DNA of 64,000 nucleotides from Calditrichia bacterium (GTDB lineage Bacteria; Calditrichota; Calditrichia; JAJRVZ01): NCBI GenBank assembly GCA_963796965.1, contig CAWCNS010000009.1, positions 288,001 to 352,000 of the forward strand, read 5' to 3'. Shown piece by piece: positions 57,727 to 64,000 of this stretch (position 1 is its first letter; each line of letters starts with the position of its first letter). The notes under the pieces were generated by a model. It saw only the letters and a program-made list of their open reading frames with translations, ran no database searches and was not told where the DNA came from. The position numbers and the translations under genes were made by a program.

Positions 57727-59157
57727 TTATTTCTCCTGCAAACGTTTTAACATTTTTGATGCATTCGTGTTTTCTGGATCTAATTTCAAGACTTTCTTAT
57801 AGAAATCGATTGCTTCTGATTTTTTATTATTCCTAAAGTAAGCATCGGCCAGGGATTCAAAGGCACTTGGAGATTTTGGGAAGAATTCAATTTTTTTCTT
57901 CAACACCGCATACAGGATTTGTTCATCTGCTCCTGACAAATAATTATAAGCCAAGACATCCATAAAAAATTCATTCACAAGATCATATCTAAAAGCAACC
58001 TGAAATACAGAATCCAAGGCAGCATTACCTTCAACGTCTTTGTTCCCACGCAACAAACTTTCCGCCCGCTTAATATGAATTTCCATTTCCTTTACCGCCT
58101 GTTTGAGTTTATCTTCTCTGCCCATATTGTAAACTGCTCCCGCTTTTTTTGCCATAACAAATGCTGTGTCCAATGCTGAAGAAGCCGGAACAAGTATATC
58201 CGGAATCACTCCGCTTCCTTCCCAATTTCCACCAGTTACCGGATTTACAGCACGTACTGTAGGAATGTATATCTCAAACTTATTATTGATTTGATAGAGA
58301 TCTACTGAATGGGCACCTCCTTTTGTCGAATCACCTATAATGATCGCTCTATTCCTAACTTTCATATCATAAGCGAAAGACTCGGCAGCAGAAAAGGTTC
58401 TATCACTTGTTAATAAAAATAGTGGAACATCCGTGAGAGGTTCCATTCCTATATCATGTTGGGTCCAATTCTCTGTTAAAAAATCATATTTACGAGAGTA
58501 CCAGCTATTTAATTGTGTTGGATGAGGTAAAAAATAAGTGCTTAGATAATCCCCTGATCCACCACCATTATCCCGGATATCAATGATGATTGCATTAGCA
58601 TTTTCCAAAAACGTCATTGTCAGATTAACCATTCCCCTGATATCCGGATAATAATAAAAGCGGTTGAGTTTCAAATATCCAATATTACCCTCCATCCATT
58701 CAAGTTTGGCAAATCCTTTATTCTCCTTCAGACCTAAAAAATGATAACGTATGGGATGACGAAGGGTGCTCTCAGTAGCCTCTTCCATATCACTGGTTTC
58801 CTTCAGTCGAACATAAAAATGAGCATCATGAGTAATAACTCGAAGATCATCTGAAATTTTACTGGCAAATGCACTGTCTTCGGTGATTGAATTATAAAGG
58901 CCCTCCTCATAATGTCGCATCATCTCCTTAGAATATGTCTTTGCTAATTCAGGAAAAACATAATTGTCCTTAACTAAATCGCTAATCTTTTGAACAACAT
59001 TTTGTTTATAGGTTTCATTACTCAAGTGATGATCATTTTGAGCCCGAACAATCGAAACCTCTGCTCCATTCATCAGGACTATTCCAAAAAGAAGAACAGT
59101 AAAAAAAACACTTTTTTTCCCAAAGCCCATTTTTTGATACATCATAACTTTCTCCAT
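57727..59157 (-). CDS. Peptidase S41 family protein with C-terminal TPR
   Basis: NIGYLKL, IIDIRDNGGG, TFSAAESF, NWEGSGVIPD; TPR tail. Confidence 0.9.
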   Translation of the reverse strand: MEKVMMYQKMGFGKKSVFFTVLLFGIVLMNGAEVSIVRAQNDHHLSNETYKQNVVQKISDLVKDNYVFPELAKTYSKEMMRHYEEGLYNSITEDSAFASKISDDLRVITHDAHFYVRLKETSDMEEATESTLRHPIRYHFLGLKENKGFAKLEWMEGNIGYLKLNRFYYYPDIRGMVNLTMTFLENANAIIIDIRDNGGGSGDYLSTYFLPHPTQLNSWYSRKYDFLTENWTQHDIGMEPLTDVPLFLLTSDRTFSAAESFAYDMKVRNRAIIIGDSTKGGAHSVDLYQINNKFEIYIPTVRAVNPVTGGNWEGSGVIPDILVPASSALDTAFVMAKKAGAVYNMGREDKLKQAVKEMEIHIKRAESLLRGNKDVEGNAALDSVFQVAFRYDLVNEFFMDVLAYNYLSGADEQILYAVLKKKIEFFPKSPSAFESLADAYFRNNKKSEAIDFYKKVLKLDPENTNASKMLKRLQEK

Positions 59158-59638
59158 TTGAGTAAAAAATTAGACGTCCATTTTTCTCACTTGATATATA
59201 TCACCACACTAATTATTCTTTTTTATTATTATTTGGCATTAAGGTTTACTTTGTTTGCTTTGCAGTTCATACCCGGATCAACATATATAAATCTACAAAC
59301 ATGTAGACGTTCATCATCTAAGAATAAATTTGCACATATTTATAAACATATATCGCTGTATACGGTACCGGGCAGAATGATTTTCCAAGTGGAAAGTACA
59401 AAGATCCTACTTATATTTAGCAGAACTTTTTTGCTTAGTTGAAACTTATGTATGAATTTGCGCCTAGTAGAATTATATATTCATAAAAGTAATATCATTT
59501 ATGACAAGAACAAAGAAAATAATATGAACGTCATATCTGATTTTTGAAATCTGTTGCACTTACAGGTGGATATGATTAGTTTTTATTCATAGCCTTTTAA
59601 TAAAAACAGAGTCGTTGAAGAAAAAGGGCAAATTTCAG

Positions 59639-60614
59639 ATGTGGATGAAGCGTTCAACATTTCTTGTCTTGCTTTTGACCCTGCTATATTCATGTGAGGC
59701 ACCACGGGATAATCCAATGGATCCTCAAAATCCTAATTACAACTATGGCAGGATCAGTGGTACGATTAAAACCATCAGCCTGCCAGTCGAAACCATTCCA
59801 CAGACAATAGTCAAATGGCAGGGTGGCTCTGAGCTAACTATTTCCAATGAGCAAGGAGAATTTGAATTCTTATTATCCAATCCTAAGAATGGATGGTTAA
59901 ATTTTTCTCATCCTGAATTTCATTCGGATTCTCATTTTGTTAACTGGCCAGATAACCGTGAACTAAGAGTGGAGGCCTTTCTCAACGCTTTACCCATTAT
60001 GGATAGTCTCTTTTTATACAGTGTGGTACTTAACCGATTCCCTTCTTTTCAGAAAGAACAAATGATCATTGAAGCTCATATAAGTGATCGTGATAATGAT
60101 ATCGATTCTGTATTCGCAATTTTTAATGACGATAAAAAAAAATTCCACCTTTCCTATAATACAACACAAAAAAACTTTCGTCAGGAATTATCCATCCTGG
60201 ACCTGGGTGTTTTATCTATTGAAGAGTTGGTTGGAGAACCGATTAATATAGAGGTATGCGATTTATTTAGTAATGTTCTCTCCGTCGGCCAGGGGCAATT
60301 AAAACGTGTTATACATGATGAGGTCATCGTCCTTTCTCCAATAGACAACATGGTTACCGGTCCCTTTCCGACCCTTGTATGGCAATCCCTGCAGACAACC
60401 TATTCTTTCCATTATAATCTTGAGATCTATACCAATGAAGTTGCGCCGGTAATGGTTTGGCAACGTATGAAAATTTCTAATGATCAAACAACCCACACTG
60501 TTGATACTGCTTTAACAGTGGGTAGCTATTTTTGGGTCATCTGGGCTATCGACAGGCTTTGGTAACCGTACAAGATCCAAACCGGCCGCCTTTAATGTAC
60601 AGGCAGAAGAGTAA
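59639..60614 (+). CDS. Lipoprotein with carboxypeptidase-regulatory-like and Ig-like domains; frameshift near 60555
   Basis: Lipobox LYSC followed by RDNPMDP; shifted frame ends FGNRTRSKPAAFNVQAEE-stop directly before the next ATG. Confidence 0.75.
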
Positions 60615-62132
60615 ATGACTATGAATAAAAATTCCAGAAAAGGTCTTCCGGAATCGACAGATTTTTCTAAGATCAGGGCCATTAGCCGCGAACAGTTAGA
60701 ATTGCTGAACCGGATTAGTGAATTACTTTCTGGAGCCAATATAGAAGAAACATTGATGGCCCAAATTCTTGATCTGGTAATTTCGTATCTTCAGGCGGAA
60801 CGTGGTTTATTTGCCCGTTATGACCCCACAAATGAACATTTCAGCACGGTTGCTGCCCGGAATATATCCCAGGATTCGCTTGATGGATTACAGTCTTTTT
60901 CTTCCGGGATTCTCCACAGGGTTATAGATAAAAAAATGGCATGTCTCTATCATGATGTTCAGCAGGATCCTCAGATTTCGCAATTTGAAAGCATCCAAAT
61001 CGAAAATATAAAATCTGTAATAGGTGTCCCTGTTTTTCATCAGGGACAGATTTGGGGAGTCATATTGGTTGATAGTACGGACCAGCGTCAGCAATTCACC
61101 AATGAGAACCTGTTCTTTTTAGAATTTTTGGCCAACCTTTTTTCCCTGGTACTGGATAAAATTATTATTATGCATGATCTGCAAGAGCAAAACATCATTC
61201 TCCGCAGACAATTACAGGAATTGCCAGCTGTTCCGGATATGATCGGAGACAGTCCTGCAATGAAAAACTTGTTCCAATTACTTCAGCGTGTCTCTCAAAG
61301 TGATGTGTCGGTTCTCTTACAAGGTGAAAGCGGTACGGGTAAGGAATTGGCAGCCAAAGCCATTCATAAATTGGGTAAACGGAAAGACAAACCATTTCTT
61401 GCTCAATTTTGCGGCTCTATTCCAGACACCCTCCTGGAGAGTGAATTGTTCGGTTATAAAAAAGGGGCTTTTACAGGTGCTAATACAGATAAAAAGGGTC
61501 TTTTTGAAGCAACGGATAAGGGTACTTTTTTTCTCGATGAAATCGCTGAGATCTCGCTACCCCTTCAGGCAAAATTATTACGTGTATTAGAGAATCAGGA
61601 AATTATCCCTCTGGGTGATACCAGGATGAAGAAGGTAGATGTACGGATTATTGCCGCAACCAATAAGAATTTAATCGAGATGGTTGAACAGGGAACTTTC
61701 CGTCGTGATTTATTCTATCGTTTAAATGTCTTTCCAATTACGTTACCTGCGCTTAGAGAAAGACGGGAGGATATCCCCCTCTTAATCAATCATTTTCTTA
61801 GCAAATATGCCCGGACCGGACAAAACCTTAGCGCCAAAGCCCTACAAAACCTGGAACAATATAATTGGCCCGGTAATGTGCGACAACTAGAGAATATACT
61901 CCAGCGTGCCCTCATACTCAGTGATGGTGAAAAAATAATCCCGGAACATATCGTTTTGGAAAAGAAGGGGCAACTTGTTGATTTTCAGGGATCCCTTCGC
62001 GACTTCGAACTCTTATTATTGGATAAAAGATTAAAGGAATTTGAGGGAAACCGCACCCTGACGGCCCGCTCACTCGGTGTATCTGTTAGATGGGTACAGT
62101 TGAAGTTAAAGGAGATGGGGAATAGAGATTGA
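60615..62132 (+). CDS. Sigma54-dependent transcriptional activator, GAF-AAA+-HTH
   Basis: GAF (SVIGVPV...GVILVDS); [49 protein letters not shown]. Confidence 0.95.
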   Translation: MTMNKNSRKGLPESTDFSKIRAISREQLELLNRISELLSGANIEETLMAQILDLVISYLQAERGLFARYDPTNEHFSTVAARNISQDSLDGLQSFSSGILHRVIDKKMACLYHDVQQDPQISQFESIQIENIKSVIGVPVFHQGQIWGVILVDSTDQRQQFTNENLFFLEFLANLFSLVLDKIIIMHDLQEQNIILRRQLQELPAVPDMIGDSPAMKNLFQLLQRVSQSDVSVLLQGESGTGKELAAKAIHKLGKRKDKPFLAQFCGSIPDTLLESELFGYKKGAFTGANTDKKGLFEATDKGTFFLDEIAEISLPLQAKLLRVLENQEIIPLGDTRMKKVDVRIIAATNKNLIEMVEQGTFRRDLFYRLNVFPITLPALRERREDIPLLINHFLSKYARTGQNLSAKALQNLEQYNWPGNVRQLENILQRALILSDGEKIIPEHIVLEKKGQLVDFQGSLRDFELLLLDKRLKEFEGNRTLTARSLGVSVRWVQLKLKEMGNRD

Positions 62133-62212
62133 TGTGAGATGTGAGATGTGAGATGTGAGATGTGAGATGTGAGATGTGAGATGTGAGATGTGAGATGTGA
62201 GATGTGAGATGT
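62131..62212 (+). repeat. Heptamer tandem repeat (GATGTGA) x11 plus partial unit
   Basis: Perfect units counted directly; overlaps the activator stop codon. Confidence 0.98.
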
Positions 62213-62270
62213 TTAAAGGTGATGTTCTCCTAACACTTAGTCAAGTATTTATTTCTATTTTATCACCTTT

Positions 62271-62298
62271 CCCGTATCCCGTATCCCGTATCCCGTAT
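62271..62298 (+). repeat. Heptamer tandem repeat (CCCGTAT) x4
   Basis: Directly visible. Confidence 0.95.
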
Positions 62299-62350
62299 CT
62301 ATAAACAAATCTAATACAACCAAAAGAAACATCATATAAGTTGCAAATTT

Positions 62351-63866
62351 ATGTCAGAAAACCAAGAAATCCTCTTCAACCGATTCAGGATCGAAGAATG
62401 TCTAAAAAAAGACAGGATCAGCAATGTCTATATTGCCTGGCATATCCATCTTGAAAAGAAAATTCTGCTTAAAACATTAAATACTGAAGAAATCGAAGAC
62501 CAGGGATGGCTGGAGCGTTTCCGACGGGAAGCCAAGGTTCTTGCCCGTCTTGATCATCCAAACATCATCCGCGTACTTGATTTCGGATCAGATAAAAAAG
62601 TCTATTATATTTCCTTTGAGTATTTTAATGGTCGTAACCTACGTCAATTGTTAAGCGAAGAGCCACCGGATCACGAACAAAAAAAGCACATTCTAATCCA
62701 ACTTCTCCAGGGTCTTGAAGCCGCCCATCAGCATGGTATTATTCATCGGGATGTTAAACCGGAAAATATTTTAGTCAATAATGAATGGTATTTAAAGTTA
62801 GCTCGATTTCGGCCTCGCATTTCGGGCTGAGGATCCTAAACTTACCAGCAAGTCTTCTCTTATTGGTACCCCAGCCTATATGTCGCCAGAACAAATTCGT
62901 GGTGAAAATTTAAATGCACAAACCGATCTGTTTTCGGCAGGCATTGTCGCATTTGAGATGTTTCAGGGATATCATCCCTTTCTCGGCGAGGACATAAAAG
63001 ACACTATAAATAACATTCTTAATATTGATCATCAAAGGATCTCTGGTAAATTAGCCTCAGAGGTCCCACCTGTTATTATGGAGTTACTCCAAATATCACC
63101 TCAGCAAAGACCATCATCAGCAGCGCAATCTCTTAAGGAATTGGGAATTAAACCGGATGTTAATAGGATTGATCACTTGCCAATATTAAAGCAGCAAAAA
63201 AACTATATGCGGCTTGCTCTCATTTCATTTGTGATCATCCTCCTCGGTCTTAGCGGATACATTTTTTACCCCGATATCAATAAATTGCTAACGGGAGAGA
63301 AACCACTGGCACATACTAATCCACCTGCTGATACTACGCTTCAAGTTAGCACAATGTCGATGCAAGAGAAACTACCGGACCGATCTGAACTGATAAAAGA
63401 GCAGGTTGAAGAAAATCCCGATTTACCTGAATTGGGAACGCTTTTTGTCTTTTCAGATCCGGTTACTGAAGTATATATCGATCGTCACTATCATGGGAAG
63501 ACACCCTTTCGTGCACCCCTGGAATTATCTACAGGCACGCATAGTCTTAAACTTTCCCACGAGCTGTATCCGGACCATTATCAAGAAATTAAAATCGATG
63601 CTGGCCGGGCACAAATTTTAGGCTTTGCGTTGGATACCTTGTTTGGTTATCTCTCCTGTCAGGTCTATCCCTGGGGAATGGTTCTTGTTGATGGCAAATT
63701 GATCGGAGAAACCCCTCTTGCCGAACCAGTTTTATTAGCACCGGGTAGTTATAAAATCACTATTGAAAATCCGGGTTTTCAGACATTCACCGATTCCTTA
63801 GTCATAACCAAGCAAGAGACGACTGCTCTCAAAGTAAATCTTGAAAAAAGAACCAAGCTGCAGTAA
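62351..63866 (+). CDS. Ser/Thr protein kinase with TM helix and two PEGA-like domains; frameshift near 62805
   Basis: ILLK, HPNII, HRDVKPEN, DFGL and GTPAYMSPEQ in shifted frame; VYID...GKTP and VLVDG..IGETP; Gly-rich loop degenerate (KKDRIS). Confidence 0.88.
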
Positions 63867-63891
63867 ATATTTTGCCATATGGAGTAGATAT

Positions 63892-64000
63892 ATGTCAGCA
63901 CCAATCATTTGGACATTCCTATTTTGTATTACCCTGATCTTACCTTCCATTGCCCAGATCGGGTCGACCGAATCAGATAAATTAAGAGCGCTCTTCCAGG
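63892..64000 (+). CDS. Start of a secreted protein, runs off window
   Basis: RBS GGAG; MSAPIIWTFLFCITLILPSIAQ signal-like. Confidence 0.6.
   Translation, partial: MSAPIIWTFLFCITLILPSIAQIGSTESDKLRALFQ

Overview
Bacterial chromosomal accessory region with no rRNA, tRNA, CRISPR-cas, integrase or reverse transcriptase. The NYPNPFNP-type C-terminal sorting domains, Hanks-type kinases and GAF-sigma54 activators suggest a Calditrichota/KSB1/Ignavibacteria-like organism (inference). It holds about 40 mostly stand-alone genes: secreted glycoside hydrolases (GH78, GH59, (alpha/alpha)6 types), proteases (M6, S41, serine hydrolase), three Ser/Thr kinases, two sigma54 activators, a gamma-glutamylation/ethanolamine permease cluster, monomeric Icd and an acyl-ACP desaturase. 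Many genes are split by single-base indels, most likely unpolished long-read errors. The most unusual signal is non-coding or superimposed on coding sequence. (1) A ~175-200 bp structured element with 9-bp-periodic inverted arms and a conserved core occurs about a dozen times, often in tandem and almost always in one orientation. (2) Runs of 7-bp periodicity occur between genes and also at homologous positions inside paralogous coding sequences, with different repeat units. (3) A secreted-protein gene is flanked by 180-bp direct repeats that begin inside a C-terminal sorting-domain tail, with a leftover gene end behind a sigma54 promoter and a perfect 18-bp palindrome. (4) One promoter/leader module is reused ahead of three unrelated genes. 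(5) Several REP families accompany a truncated REP-associated tyrosine transposase. A tandem pair of small secreted proteins resembling AB5-toxin B-subunit OB folds and an unannotated 54-aa Cys-rich ORF are also notable.
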